11,138 nucleotides of DNA. Origin: a virus (Duplodnaviria > Heunggongvirae > Uroviricota > Caudoviricetes). Shown here piece after piece: positions 1 to 8,074 of the stretch. The stretch is taken from the IMG/VR virus record IMGVR_UViG_2617270964_000013; one strand, given 5' to 3'. Made by a program: the position numbers and the translations under genes. The notes beneath the pieces were generated by a model that did no database searches, was not told the origin of the DNA, and saw nothing but the letters and a program-made list of their open reading frames with translations. Positions within the stretch are counted from its first letter, which is position 1. Each line of letters begins with the position of its first letter.

Positions 1-465
1 CATTTGGAAGAAACGGTAAAACAGGCCGCTGGAGCGATGCAGAAAAGTGCAAACGGTGGTGATATTCAGAATGTGGCCGCTTTCAGAAATGCCCTTCAGC
101 TTGGTACGGCGGCACTGGCCTCTATGGGAGTGGGAAAAAATCAGGTATTGAGTGCATCAGATTTCTCTTTCTTCGCCGGTGGAAATGGCTATTTGTATAT
201 TCCTTGTCTTGCAACCACAGATAATCCGGTAAAGATAATGCTGCAGTGGGGAACCATACGGACACGCGGCGGAGAGAATAATATCTACAACCTGCCCTAT
301 GCATTTCCAACCGCAGGTCTGTGGGCTATGGGATGCAGAGCAGCGAATGGCTACAGCCAGTCAATGAATGTCAGTATAGAAAATCGGTCTCAAATCAGGA
401 TCCAAAACTGGGCGCCAGCAGGGGCGGTAGAAGATTGCTGTTTCTTCGCTGTGGGGTATTTATGA
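1..465 (+). CDS. Tail fibre protein, C-terminal variable (receptor-binding) part; 5' end lies upstream of the window
   Basis: Frame 1 is open from base 1 to the TGA at 463-465 (the track's start at 4 is a TTG, not a real start). The translation shares a short motif with the opposite-strand cassette at 1276..1845 (FRNALQLGTAAL here, FREALNLGNAAL there). It is immediately followed by a tail-fibre assembly gene with an ATGA stop/start overlap. Confidence 0.75.
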   Translation, partial: HLEETVKQAAGAMQKSANGGDIQNVAAFRNALQLGTAALASMGVGKNQVLSASDFSFFAGGNGYLYIPCLATTDNPVKIMLQWGTIRTRGGENNIYNLPYAFPTAGLWAMGCRAANGYSQSMNVSIENRSQIRIQNWAPAGAVEDCCFFAVGYL

Positions 466-878
466 ATAAATTTTATCAGGGTGTTTTTTATCCGGAAGCA
501 CTTAAAGATGCCTATGTTTCTGCCGGAACGTGGCCGGAACATGCTGCCGATGTGAGTGATGAGGCAATGGCTGTTTATAGCCAGTACCCACCGGAAGGGA
601 AAATGCTGGGAACGGATAATAATGGTTATCCTGTGTGGGTTGACATCCCCTCCCTGTCGCCTGAAGAACGAGTTGCCCGGGCTGAGCAAACACGACGTGA
701 TTTACGTACGCGGGCGGATTCTGAAATAGCCTGGCGACAGGATGCTGTTGACGCGGATATCGCGACGGATGAGGAAACCGCCGCGTTGTCTGAGTGGAAG
801 AAGTACCGGGTACTGTTAATGCGGGTTGATACAGCAAAACCCGTATGGCCTACACCTCCGGGGGAACAGGCCAGTTAA
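462..878 (+). CDS. Tail fibre assembly chaperone (Tfa; P2 gpG / Mu U family)
   Basis: ATG at 462 overlaps the fibre stop (ATGA). The C-terminus LSEWKKYRVLLMRVDTAKPVWPTPP is the hallmark Tfa C-terminal motif. The track's longer ORF from 321 would overlap the fibre gene in another frame, so the 462 start is preferred. Confidence 0.85.
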   Translation: MNKFYQGVFYPEALKDAYVSAGTWPEHAADVSDEAMAVYSQYPPEGKMLGTDNNGYPVWVDIPSLSPEERVARAEQTRRDLRTRADSEIAWRQDAVDADIATDEETAALSEWKKYRVLLMRVDTAKPVWPTPPGEQAS

Positions 879-1272
879 TATGCTCAGGGTTGGTTGTCAC
901 ATCAACCGCCTTAACTTCATTCTTATACGCCAGCCATGCCGACAGTTTAGCTCTGTTGGTGTCGCTGATTTCATCCAGCATTAGTTCCGTTCGCCAGTCG
1001 AGCATTACCGCGTCAGCATGAGTCAGCAGCTGTTGGCGCACCTGTTCAGCAATGGTGATCAATTCTTCATGGGTGGGCGGCGGGATATCACCCCATGCAG
1101 GCAGGCCGTCACTGCCTGCAACTCTCATTTTCCCTGCTGGCGGCACCTGGAATTCGGAGAAAGTATCGTCATCCACCTCAACGCCATTCTCCGGCCATGT
1201 TCCGGCAGCAATATATCTGTCTTTCAATGCGAGAGGGAAAAAACACTGCGTTTTGTTGTCAAATATGTACAT
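850..1272 (-). CDS. Alternative tail fibre assembly chaperone (Tfa') inside the invertible segment
   Basis: 140 aa ending LSAWLAYKNEVKAVDVTTNPEHINWPVPP, the same Tfa C-terminal signature. Its 3' end overlaps the + strand Tfa 3' end (850-878), the tail-to-tail arrangement typical of Mu G / P1 C / e14 P segments. Confidence 0.85.
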   Translation of the reverse strand: MYIFDNKTQCFFPLALKDRYIAAGTWPENGVEVDDDTFSEFQVPPAGKMRVAGSDGLPAWGDIPPPTHEELITIAEQVRQQLLTHADAVMLDWRTELMLDEISDTNRAKLSAWLAYKNEVKAVDVTTNPEHINWPVPPEV

Positions 1273-1275
1273 ACA

Positions 1276-1845
1276 TTATCTCCCTATAGCTAAAAACCGG
1301 GCGTTAACCTGTCCCGCTGCGGCAAGGACAGGAATATTTCCAGACTGCGCGTAAAAGGCGTTCCATGAGAATTGGTCGTTCCATTCCCCATTTACCACCG
1401 TATAAGCCTGGTAGGTTCCTGCCACCTGAAAACCACACACAATGACCATTAAGCATTCGTTTGGAAAGGGTATCGGGAACTTTGAAACGGTTGTACGCCG
1501 GTCTTCACATGGTGTGTTTCCCCATTGAAGAATTAGCCCACCAGGAAGATACTGATAGCCATTCACTTCTTGATTAGATAAAAATGCAGACATATCAGGC
1601 AATTGCCCTTGCCCGGTTCCTGTGTTTTTTAATGCCGCGTTACCCAAATTCAGGGCTTCTCTGAAGTTTTCAGCCTCTACTCTTTCACCGTTAACACCTG
1701 CTTTCAAGGAAAGCAGGTAAGTAATGGCATTCTGGCTCATGACGTCTTTAACTGAATCTCCTCCGCTCTGAAGAACCCTGCTTTTTGCCGCTTCTCCCAA
1801 ACCAACGTTTAAGAAAATGCAGAGATTACGGCTAACTGGCATCAT
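1276..1845 (-). CDS. Alternative tail fibre C-terminal cassette (Sv'-type), promoterless, expressed only after inversion as a fusion to the constant fibre N-terminus
   Basis: 189 aa ORF immediately upstream (on the - strand) of Tfa'. It shares the FRxALxLGxAAL block with the + strand fibre C-terminus but is otherwise diverged. The frame is open only 3 codons upstream of the Met-Met (stop at 1855-1857), which fits a crossover point at about 1848-1849. Confidence 0.7.
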   Translation of the reverse strand: MMPVSRNLCIFLNVGLGEAAKSRVLQSGGDSVKDVMSQNAITYLLSLKAGVNGERVEAENFREALNLGNAALKNTGTGQGQLPDMSAFLSNQEVNGYQYLPGGLILQWGNTPCEDRRTTVSKFPIPFPNECLMVIVCGFQVAGTYQAYTVVNGEWNDQFSWNAFYAQSGNIPVLAAAGQVNARFLAIGR

Positions 1846-1861
1846 CCCCGGTTTTTATTCA
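1836..1861. promoter_or_regulatory. Candidate 26-bp invertase crossover site (gix/hix/cix-like), right end of the invertible segment
   Basis: CTGGCATCATCC-CC-GGTTTTTATTCA. The outer half GGTTTTTATTCA matches the recalled Hin/Gin-family half-site GGTTTTTGATAA at 9 of 12 positions; the inner half overlaps the Met-Met codons of the Sv' cassette and is less conserved. The partner site is not in the window. Confidence 0.4.
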
Positions 1862-1872
1862 GGGGATCCATC

Positions 1873-2472
1873 ATGCTTATTGGCTATGTCCGCGTATCAA
1901 CAAATGACCAGAATACAGAATTGCAGCGTAACGCGCTGGAGTGCGCAGGATGTGAACTGATTTTTGAAGATAAAATCAGCGGAACGAAATCAGCCAGACC
2001 GGGATTGAAAAAACTGCTCAGAACGCTATCAGAAGGAGATACGCTGGTTGTCTGGAAGCTGGACAGACTGGGCAGAAGTATGAAACACCTGATCACGCTT
2101 ATTGAGGAATTGCGGGAAAAAGGTGTTAATTTCCGTAGTCTGACGGACAGCATTGACACATCAACACCCATGGGGCGTTTCTTTTTTCACGTCATGGGAG
2201 CTTTAGCCGAAATGGAACGTGAATTAATTGTAGAGCGTACACTGGCCGGGCTGGCAGCAGCACGCGCACAAGGACGCATTGGCGGACGTCGCCCGAAGTT
2301 GACAAAAGAACAACACGAGCAAATAGCGAGGCTGATTAAAAACGGTCATGACAGGAAACAACTGGCGATCATTTACGACATCGGCATATCGACGATTTAT
2401 CGTTATCACCCTGTAGGCGATATACAGGCTGAAGAAACAACCAGGCAGACTCAGGAAAATGAAAACCGCTAA
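1873..2472 (+). CDS. Site-specific DNA invertase, small serine recombinase (Gin/Pin/Cin/Hin family)
   Basis: 199 aa beginning MLIGYVRVSTNDQNT, with the catalytic Ser in the YVRVSTNDQ motif, conserved VVWKLDRLGRS and GRIGGRRPKLT blocks, and a C-terminal HTH region. GGGGA RBS 6 nt upstream of the ATG. By analogy with Hin/Gin, a Fis-dependent recombinational enhancer would sit in the first ~150 bp of the coding sequence; not verified here. Confidence 0.92.
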   Translation: MLIGYVRVSTNDQNTELQRNALECAGCELIFEDKISGTKSARPGLKKLLRTLSEGDTLVVWKLDRLGRSMKHLITLIEELREKGVNFRSLTDSIDTSTPMGRFFFHVMGALAEMERELIVERTLAGLAAARAQGRIGGRRPKLTKEQHEQIARLIKNGHDRKQLAIIYDIGISTIYRYHPVGDIQAEETTRQTQENENR

Positions 2473-2491
2473 TCTGACCATTAGCGGTTTT
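2462..2491. terminator. Bidirectional intrinsic terminator between the convergent invertase and gpU genes
   Basis: Perfect inverted repeat AAAACCGCTAAT / ATTAGCGGTTTT (12-bp stem) around a 6-nt loop CTGACC, with A/T runs on both sides. The invertase stop codon lies inside the stem. Confidence 0.55.
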
Positions 2492-2498
2492 GCGTTAA

Positions 2499-2993
2499 TC
2501 AAAACAGCCCTTTAACGGAGCTGGCCGCGCTGTTAAGGGATGATGTGACCTTATCTTTGAAGCCGGACAGCATATCACTGAACGATGAGGATTGCAGGCG
2601 CTCCCGCAAATCCTCATCACAGCGTTCAAGAGTCAGTGAAAATTCTATCTTTTTCGCCTTACCGTAGCGATCAAACTCGGAGCGGGTCGTATTCGTTCCG
2701 GTCAGGACATACATGCCGTAAATCTGCCCGACACCATCAATCAGAGGCCAGGGGCGTCCTGTATATGCCTGCGTGGTCAGCAACGAAAGCGACACTTCGC
2801 CACCTGTAATTTCAGGATAAAGCACGCCGGAAAGCACGATGCGATCATCACCTGCGCCGATATACTGCCAGCTTGCTGAACGGTTAACGCGTTCATTTTT
2901 CACATGCCGCCAGCTTTTGTTTTGCTGTAACTGCTGATGCGGCAATGTGCGCAGCTCAAAAACAAACATGCCGTAGATCATCATCATGGCCAT
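2499..2993 (-). CDS. P2 gpU-like tail protein
   Basis: 164 aa ORF starting 6 nt after the tape-measure stop, with GAGGAG just upstream. Its size and position directly after T match P2 gene U. The start could be any of several clustered Met codons (2979-2993). Confidence 0.7.
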   Translation of the reverse strand: MAMMMIYGMFVFELRTLPHQQLQQNKSWRHVKNERVNRSASWQYIGAGDDRIVLSGVLYPEITGGEVSLSLLTTQAYTGRPWPLIDGVGQIYGMYVLTGTNTTRSEFDRYGKAKKIEFSLTLERCDEDLRERLQSSSFSDMLSGFKDKVTSSLNSAASSVKGLF

Positions 2994-2999
2994 GACTCC

Positions 3000-5816
3000 T
3001 CAATCTTTATCGTAAAAACTGCCACGTCCGGCACGGTCGCGTCGTTCCAATTCTGCCCTGACCATTTCACCGACCAGTTTCGCCAGTTCGCGGGGATTCT
3101 GCGTAACAACGTTATGCAGATGAACATGAATTTCACCGCCAAATCCGGAGACAACAGGCTCCCGGTTACGGGAAGTTGCAGGAACTGATGCCACTGGCGA
3201 TCGTATGGCCTCCGCCACCGGGCGGGAGCTGGCCGCAACAACAGGGACCAGCGCCGGAGGCAGAGGAGTCGGGACCACGGGTGTGATGTTGATTGCGGAA
3301 GCAGGCTTACTGACCTGCGCAATCTTCCGCTCCTGCCACTCCCCACGAACAGCAAGTGCGCGGGGCAGATTCTTAAAGACAATATCGCCGGGGCCAATGC
3401 GTTTTTTCGTCTCATCAACCAGCTTACCTGTGTTATCAGCAATTTTGCTGAGTCTGCGTAGCGTACCGGTATTGCTGTCTGTGAGCGGTTTGTTGTCTTT
3501 GGGTTTATCACCTCCGGTGCCATTGCCATTTTCCACAGGCTTCGGCGGATTGATTTTCGCCAGGTCCCCCTGAAGCAAGGCAACCTTGTCCTGAAGAATG
3601 GCCGCACGCTGTGCGTCTTCGATTTTCTTGCGCGCCCTTTCCGCTTCATCCGGAAGGACGCCAAGTTTTTCAAGTATCCACGCCAGCGTATCCAGTAGCA
3701 TTTTTGCAGGCGTCAGAACAAGTTGTAACGCACCGCCAAGAACGTTACCGAATATCTCGCCAGCACTGGTACATTTATCCAGCGTTTCCTTGCTGGACTC
3801 CATCGGTGACAACAGCGATTTAAACCAGTTAAACACCTGGCTGATCCCGCTTCCGATTGCGTCAAAAACAGGACCAAACCGTTCAAAGGTTTCGCGCAAC
3901 GGGGTCAGCCTTTCCATAATCCCGCTGAACACCCCGGCAAAAAATGCCTTAATGGGTTCCCAGTATTTCCAGATGAGAACCGCCGCAGCCACAAACGCAG
4001 CAGCAATCAATCCAACCGGACTGAACAGCGCCCCGATAGCGCCTCCCAGCAAAGAAACAGAACCCGTCAGCATTCCCCACAGCGCAGGCAACACCCGGAC
4101 GACATTCATTGACCGGGTAAGAATGTCAAAACCAAGACGCAGGGTGGCCAGCTTTCCGTAAAGCACCCCAATAACCAGCGACAACGAGCCAATCGTTGCA
4201 GTCATTGCCAGCAACGCACCGCCTGCTATCAGTAGCTGGCGCGTCAGTACCGGATGGGCCTGCGCCAGCGAGGTGATTTTTTCAAGCACCCGCGTGAGCC
4301 ACTGCGTGACAGAACGCAGCGGACCGTCAACCAGATCACTGATGCGAATACGAAGACCTTCCCATGCGCTGTCGAGATTTTTCAGGTCCCCATCAAGATT
4401 ATCGGCCATTACTTTTGCAACGCGATCGGCCTCTCCCCTTGCCCCCTGCAATTCTCTGGTCAGTTTTTGCAGCTCTCCTGAACCAGCCGCCGCAACAAGC
4501 GTCTGTAAACCAACGAACGCCTCTTCTCCGGCGATGTCCTTGAAGAAGGAAATCTGGTCCACCTGTCCGTATTTTTGTGTCGCCTTATAGAGATCAAGCA
4601 GCACATCCTCCATCGGGCGCATTTTGCCTCTGGCGTCAGCAACTGACACCCCCAGCTCTTTCAGTGCATCAGCCGCAGCTTTTGGCGGTGATGCAAGGCG
4701 GGACAGACTTGCGCGCATGGCCGTACCAGCATCGCTTCCGCGAAGACCATTATTGGCAAGCATCCCGGCCATGGCCGCCGCTTCTTGAAGACTGATACCA
4801 AGTTTTGCGGCAACCGGACCGGTATACTTCATGGTTTCGCCCAGCGCGCGTAAATCAGTATTGGTCCGGGTGAATGCTGCTGTCAGCGTATCGCCAACCC
4901 GGTCCATTTGATCGGCTGTCAGGTTGAACTGTGTGAGGATATTGGAGCCTATATCAGCCGTCTCGCCGAGTTCGACGCCACCTGCCAGCGCCATATTAAG
5001 AACACCGGGCAATGCGGCCTGAATGGCCTGCGGAGTAAAACCAGCCATTGCCAGAAAGCTCTGCCCACTGGCGGCATCACTCGCAGTAAACTGTGTTTCA
5101 GAACCAAGTTTTAACGCCTGCTCACGCAGCGCCTTAAACTGCGGGCTGTTTTTGTCGATTCGCGTCAGAGCCTGAACGCGGGACATCTCTTTCCCGAACC
5201 CGATCGCAGGCTGCAAAAAACGCCCGGCAGCATAGCCGCCAGCCGCTGCCGCACCAATTGCCAGCGCACCACCTGTTTTCAGTTTTCCCGCGGTTTCCTG
5301 CGCGCGCGAATACCGCTCACGCGCCCGCGTTACACGCGCAAGCGCCTGCCGTTCGCGTTCAAGCTGGTTGTTGTACTGTTCGGTGCGTCTGATGGCCTGC
5401 TGGATGGTGTTATCGCTGCCTGTCAGGGAAATGCCGTGGCGTTTCAGCTCTCCGCCAAGTTCCCGCATTTTCTGAATTTCCCGTGTGCGCGATTCATTCA
5501 GGCGTTCAAGCCGGGTGCTTAACTGCTGCATCAGCTTTTGTTGTTTTTCGCTGAGCACTGTACCCGTGCGTTGTAACTGATTAAGGGCGTTAAGCTGGCG
5601 TCGTGCTTTCACGATGCCCGCATCCGCTTTACTGACAGCGTCACGGGCGCGCTCAAATGAACGCGCCTGACGCTCGAGATTTTTGATCGCCCCCTGCGTT
5701 CGCTGGATGGAGTCACCAAACTGCCCCATCAGGCGGCGGGCGTTTTCGGCAGGCCGGGTCAGCCTGTCAACGGCGCTGAAAGCGACCCGGATATCAAGAG
5801 TCTTCATTGTCTGCAT
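3000..5816 (-). CDS. Tail tape measure protein (P2 gpT-like)
   Basis: 938 aa. Long coiled-coil-like, Ala/Leu/Arg/Gln-rich N-terminal third, hydrophobic Gly/Ala-rich central segments, and a position between E/E' and U. Its start is overlapped by the E' reading frame. Confidence 0.85.
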   Translation of the reverse strand: MQTMKTLDIRVAFSAVDRLTRPAENARRLMGQFGDSIQRTQGAIKNLERQARSFERARDAVSKADAGIVKARRQLNALNQLQRTGTVLSEKQQKLMQQLSTRLERLNESRTREIQKMRELGGELKRHGISLTGSDNTIQQAIRRTEQYNNQLERERQALARVTRARERYSRAQETAGKLKTGGALAIGAAAAGGYAAGRFLQPAIGFGKEMSRVQALTRIDKNSPQFKALREQALKLGSETQFTASDAASGQSFLAMAGFTPQAIQAALPGVLNMALAGGVELGETADIGSNILTQFNLTADQMDRVGDTLTAAFTRTNTDLRALGETMKYTGPVAAKLGISLQEAAAMAGMLANNGLRGSDAGTAMRASLSRLASPPKAAADALKELGVSVADARGKMRPMEDVLLDLYKATQKYGQVDQISFFKDIAGEEAFVGLQTLVAAAGSGELQKLTRELQGARGEADRVAKVMADNLDGDLKNLDSAWEGLRIRISDLVDGPLRSVTQWLTRVLEKITSLAQAHPVLTRQLLIAGGALLAMTATIGSLSLVIGVLYGKLATLRLGFDILTRSMNVVRVLPALWGMLTGSVSLLGGAIGALFSPVGLIAAAFVAAAVLIWKYWEPIKAFFAGVFSGIMERLTPLRETFERFGPVFDAIGSGISQVFNWFKSLLSPMESSKETLDKCTSAGEIFGNVLGGALQLVLTPAKMLLDTLAWILEKLGVLPDEAERARKKIEDAQRAAILQDKVALLQGDLAKINPPKPVENGNGTGGDKPKDNKPLTDSNTGTLRRLSKIADNTGKLVDETKKRIGPGDIVFKNLPRALAVRGEWQERKIAQVSKPASAINITPVVPTPLPPALVPVVAASSRPVAEAIRSPVASVPATSRNREPVVSGFGGEIHVHLHNVVTQNPRELAKLVGEMVRAELERRDRAGRGSFYDKD

Positions 5817-6323
5817 TCCCGCTGCGAAGTGCCGCCCGCTCGCGCCAGCTAACCACTTCGCCGGGCGTCATCATGAAGATTTCGGCGGGCGACCAGTTAA
5901 AAATGGCGGCAATATCCGCCACCAGATCTTCGATGTGCTCAAAGCACACAACCGTGATCAGGCTTCCGTCGCCTGTTCGTTCTTCCCGCCAGAGTCCGCA
6001 CCGCTCAAAAAATTTACGGCAACCACACATAACTGAATAAAGTCACGGGATGCCATTTTTTTGATCGTCACTTCATCCAGTCGCGGTGATGTCACGCGTG
6101 ACAGCAGCGTAAACATGGATTCCGCTTTCAGATTCAGCACATCAGACAGCGACAAATCTCGCAGAGATCCAGCCTGCTCAATAGCCCCGGTGATCTCCAC
6201 ATACGTGATTTTTTCGCCGCCTCGCTCAATTGGTTGGGTAAGTTTTACGCCACGCTCACTGGTTTCTTTCACAGTGTCAGTAACTACCGTGTTTTCGGTA
6301 TCGATGTTTTTCGTCTCTTTCAT
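5794..6323 (-). CDS. E+E' tail chaperone made by programmed -1 translational frameshift
   Basis: On the - strand the E frame reads GTA AAT TTT TTG AGC (..VNFLS..). A -1 slip on T TTT TTG enters the overlapping frame (..KFFERCGLWREERTG..), which stays open to the TGA at 5794-5796 and overlaps the T start at 5816. Confidence 0.7.
5958..6323 (-). CDS. Tail assembly chaperone E (P2 gpE-like)
   Basis: 121 aa ORF with an AAGGAG RBS 7 nt upstream of the ATG at 6321-6323. It lies between the tube and tape-measure genes and contains the slippery heptamer near its 3' end. Confidence 0.8.
   Translation of the reverse strand: MKETKNIDTENTVVTDTVKETSERGVKLTQPIERGGEKITYVEITGAIEQAGSLRDLSLSDVLNLKAESMFTLLSRVTSPRLDEVTIKKMASRDFIQLCVVAVNFLSGADSGGKNEQATEA
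6006..6012 (-). promoter_or_regulatory. Slippery heptamer T TTT TTG (recoding signal for E/E')
   Basis: Read directly on the - strand; the same heptamer is used in the P2 E/E' frameshift. Confidence 0.7.
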
Positions 6324-6377
6324 CAGGAAACTCCTTTCAGTCAGAGGCGACGCACTGCGCCGCCTGCATATTACTTA

Positions 6378-6890
6378 TCAGCCAAGCCCAAGCGCGGAAC
6401 GGATGCGATCAGGCACAATATCCTTGCCGTCCTTCCGGTAAATGAAGTTCAGCAGGTCAATCTCCCACAACGGACGATCGTTAACACTCAGCTTGTAGTA
6501 GGTGTTTTTAATGGCGTAAGTGTGTGATGTGGCTTCGCCCTGTTTGGCTTCCCCCATATCAATTTCCGTCACACGTCCGCGCATTTCGACTTCATACAGG
6601 TCGCTTTCTGCATCGGTGTAGTATTCACCCGCAAAACGCAGCAGCGTGCCGTCAATCGTGCCGCCATACTTAAGGAACAGCTCACGAACTGCGCCCCCCA
6701 TGACAAAGCTCGCATCAAGCGCGGAGTCGTCCAGACCGAGATCAATACTTACCGCACCCATCATGCCGCCACCCCGGTAGCTGTCGGTTTTGCGCGTCAG
6801 CTTAGGCAGAGTGACGGACGTCACCTTACCCACTTCGTTTTCACCATCCACAAACAGCGTAAAAAAGCGAAGATGTTTTGGCACAGCCAT
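6378..6890 (-). CDS. Tail tube protein (P2 FII-like)
   Basis: 170 aa. The motif VTLPKLTRK...YRGGGMMG...DLGLDD is typical of the P2 FII tube family. The ATG overlaps the FI stop (TGATG), with GGGAGG 6 nt upstream. Confidence 0.88.
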   Translation of the reverse strand: MAVPKHLRFFTLFVDGENEVGKVTSVTLPKLTRKTDSYRGGGMMGAVSIDLGLDDSALDASFVMGGAVRELFLKYGGTIDGTLLRFAGEYYTDAESDLYEVEMRGRVTEIDMGEAKQGEATSHTYAIKNTYYKLSVNDRPLWEIDLLNFIYRKDGKDIVPDRIRSALGLG

Positions 6891-8074
6891 CAGGCACCTC
6901 CCAGCACCGCAAATGCGGGTTCAAAGTATTCATCAGTAAACGTCTGGTAAAGCTCCATGTCTTCCAGCGGGGGAACAGGCGTATATTTGTAGCGAATACG
7001 CACACGCCCCTGACGTAAATCCGTGGTGCTGTTATCCACCACGTCATACCAGCACTCCGCGCCAATCAGTTTCCCGGCAGTAACCAGTGAATCCAGTTTT
7101 GCCCTGATGGCACTGATAACATCCTTCACGTTCGCAGGCGTCAGTGGACTGTCGATGGTTTCAAACTGCGCTTCCGCAATTGAATCAGCCAGCACCTGTG
7201 CGGTTCGGGTATACACCTCAAAGATGTAGGCGTTCGTTTCCGGTGTGCGGTTGCCCCAGAAGCGGAACCCGTTGCGACGAATAATGGTCGTGATTTCTTT
7301 GTTGTTGAGGCTGTTGGCATCGCTGTCTTCGGCCTGCAACGACCAGAACACATGCCTCGACATCCCCAGCACATTTTTAACCGGAACGTTGGACAGTGAT
7401 TTGTGCCATCCCTGCTCATGGTCAATGTACGCACGAAGGCCGCACGCATAGGCAGACGCGGGGAACGTTTCGTTTTTGCCACTTTTCGGGTTGTAGGCGA
7501 TGAAGTCCGGCCATAAGAGCATCACCTCACGTTCGTTGAATTTCTGGCGGTAGGTAATCGCCTCAGCCATCGTGTTACAGCCGTGACATGAGGCATACAC
7601 AAACGCGCGCAGTTTACCTGCAATCACGCACAGGGATTTTGTTACAGCCTCCGTGTCCAGCTCCGGCGCGGCCAGAATACGCGGACGGTATCCGATGCTT
7701 TCATCCTGCTCTGCAACAAGCAGCGCATACATCCCCGTATAGCTGCCGTCATCCTCAGAACCACCGATAACCAGTTGATCCTGCGTCTTTCCGTCTTCTT
7801 CTTTGTGTTCAGCCACGCGAACGACGATCACCTTTGTGCTCACCTGGTCTGCGATGGCCTTAAGCGCACGATAAAGCGTCCCCGTTGTCCCGCATTTTCC
7901 CAGCACGTCATTGACGCGGGTCAGCAGTGTTGGCTTGTTCAGCGGGAACAGCTTCGCGTCCGCATCATCCGCCGTTGCCACGATACCGATAACACTGGAA
8001 TCAACATCGTTAATCGCTGTTACCAGGTCGGTATTTTCCGTAACACGGGCACCATGAAAACGAGTTTCACTCAT
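6890..8074 (-). CDS. Contractile tail sheath protein (P2 FI-like)
   Basis: 394 aa with P2 FI-like blocks (FPLNKP, LRAFVYAS, EQGWHKSLSNV, IRRNGFRFWGNRT, YKYTPVPPLE). First gene of the - strand tail operon. Confidence 0.9.
   Translation of the reverse strand: MSETRFHGARVTENTDLVTAINDVDSSVIGIVATADDADAKLFPLNKPTLLTRVNDVLGKCGTTGTLYRALKAIADQVSTKVIVVRVAEHKEEDGKTQDQLVIGGSEDDGSYTGMYALLVAEQDESIGYRPRILAAPELDTEAVTKSLCVIAGKLRAFVYASCHGCNTMAEAITYRQKFNEREVMLLWPDFIAYNPKSGKNETFPASAYACGLRAYIDHEQGWHKSLSNVPVKNVLGMSRHVFWSLQAEDSDANSLNNKEITTIIRRNGFRFWGNRTPETNAYIFEVYTRTAQVLADSIAEAQFETIDSPLTPANVKDVISAIRAKLDSLVTAGKLIGAECWYDVVDNSTTDLRQGRVRIRYKYTPVPPLEDMELYQTFTDEYFEPAFAVLGGA

Larger units (their letters stand above)
1..1861. 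other. Invertible DNA segment (tail-fibre host-range switch); left boundary at or just beyond the window start
   Basis: Two fibre-C-terminus plus Tfa cassettes in opposite orientation, immediately adjacent to a serine invertase gene. The left recombination site is not visible in the window, so it is inferred to lie just upstream. Confidence 0.6.

Noticed and set aside
1-30. Possible left recombination site at the very start of the window
   Set aside because: The sequence TTTGGAAGAAACGGTAAAACAGG has only a weak half-site resemblance and no dyad symmetry. Rough alignment of the two fibre cassettes puts the crossover a few tens of nucleotides upstream of the window.
321-461. Upstream extension of the Tfa ORF starting at 321
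   Set aside because: It would overlap the last 140 nt of the tail-fibre gene in another frame; the ATG at 462 gives the classic ATGA stop/start coupling and a typical Tfa N-terminus.
1018-1354. Three + strand ORFs (1018..1293, 1052..1354, 1095..1289) inside the invertible segment
   Set aside because: They are antisense to the well-supported Tfa' and Sv' genes, mutually overlapping, and have no recognisable features.
2984-3673. 229-aa - strand ORF overlapping the 3' end of the tape-measure gene in another frame
   Set aside because: Same strand but an alternate frame of the 938-aa T gene, with an Arg/Ser/Leu-rich low-complexity translation; an overlap artefact.
3205-4161. Several + strand ORFs (3205..3573, 3598..4161, 3611..3823, also 4254..4795 and 4908..5114) inside the tape-measure region
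   Set aside because: They are antisense to a long, well-supported - strand gene, have Ala/Arg/Ser/Pro-rich translations typical of out-of-frame GC-rich sequence, and lack RBSs.
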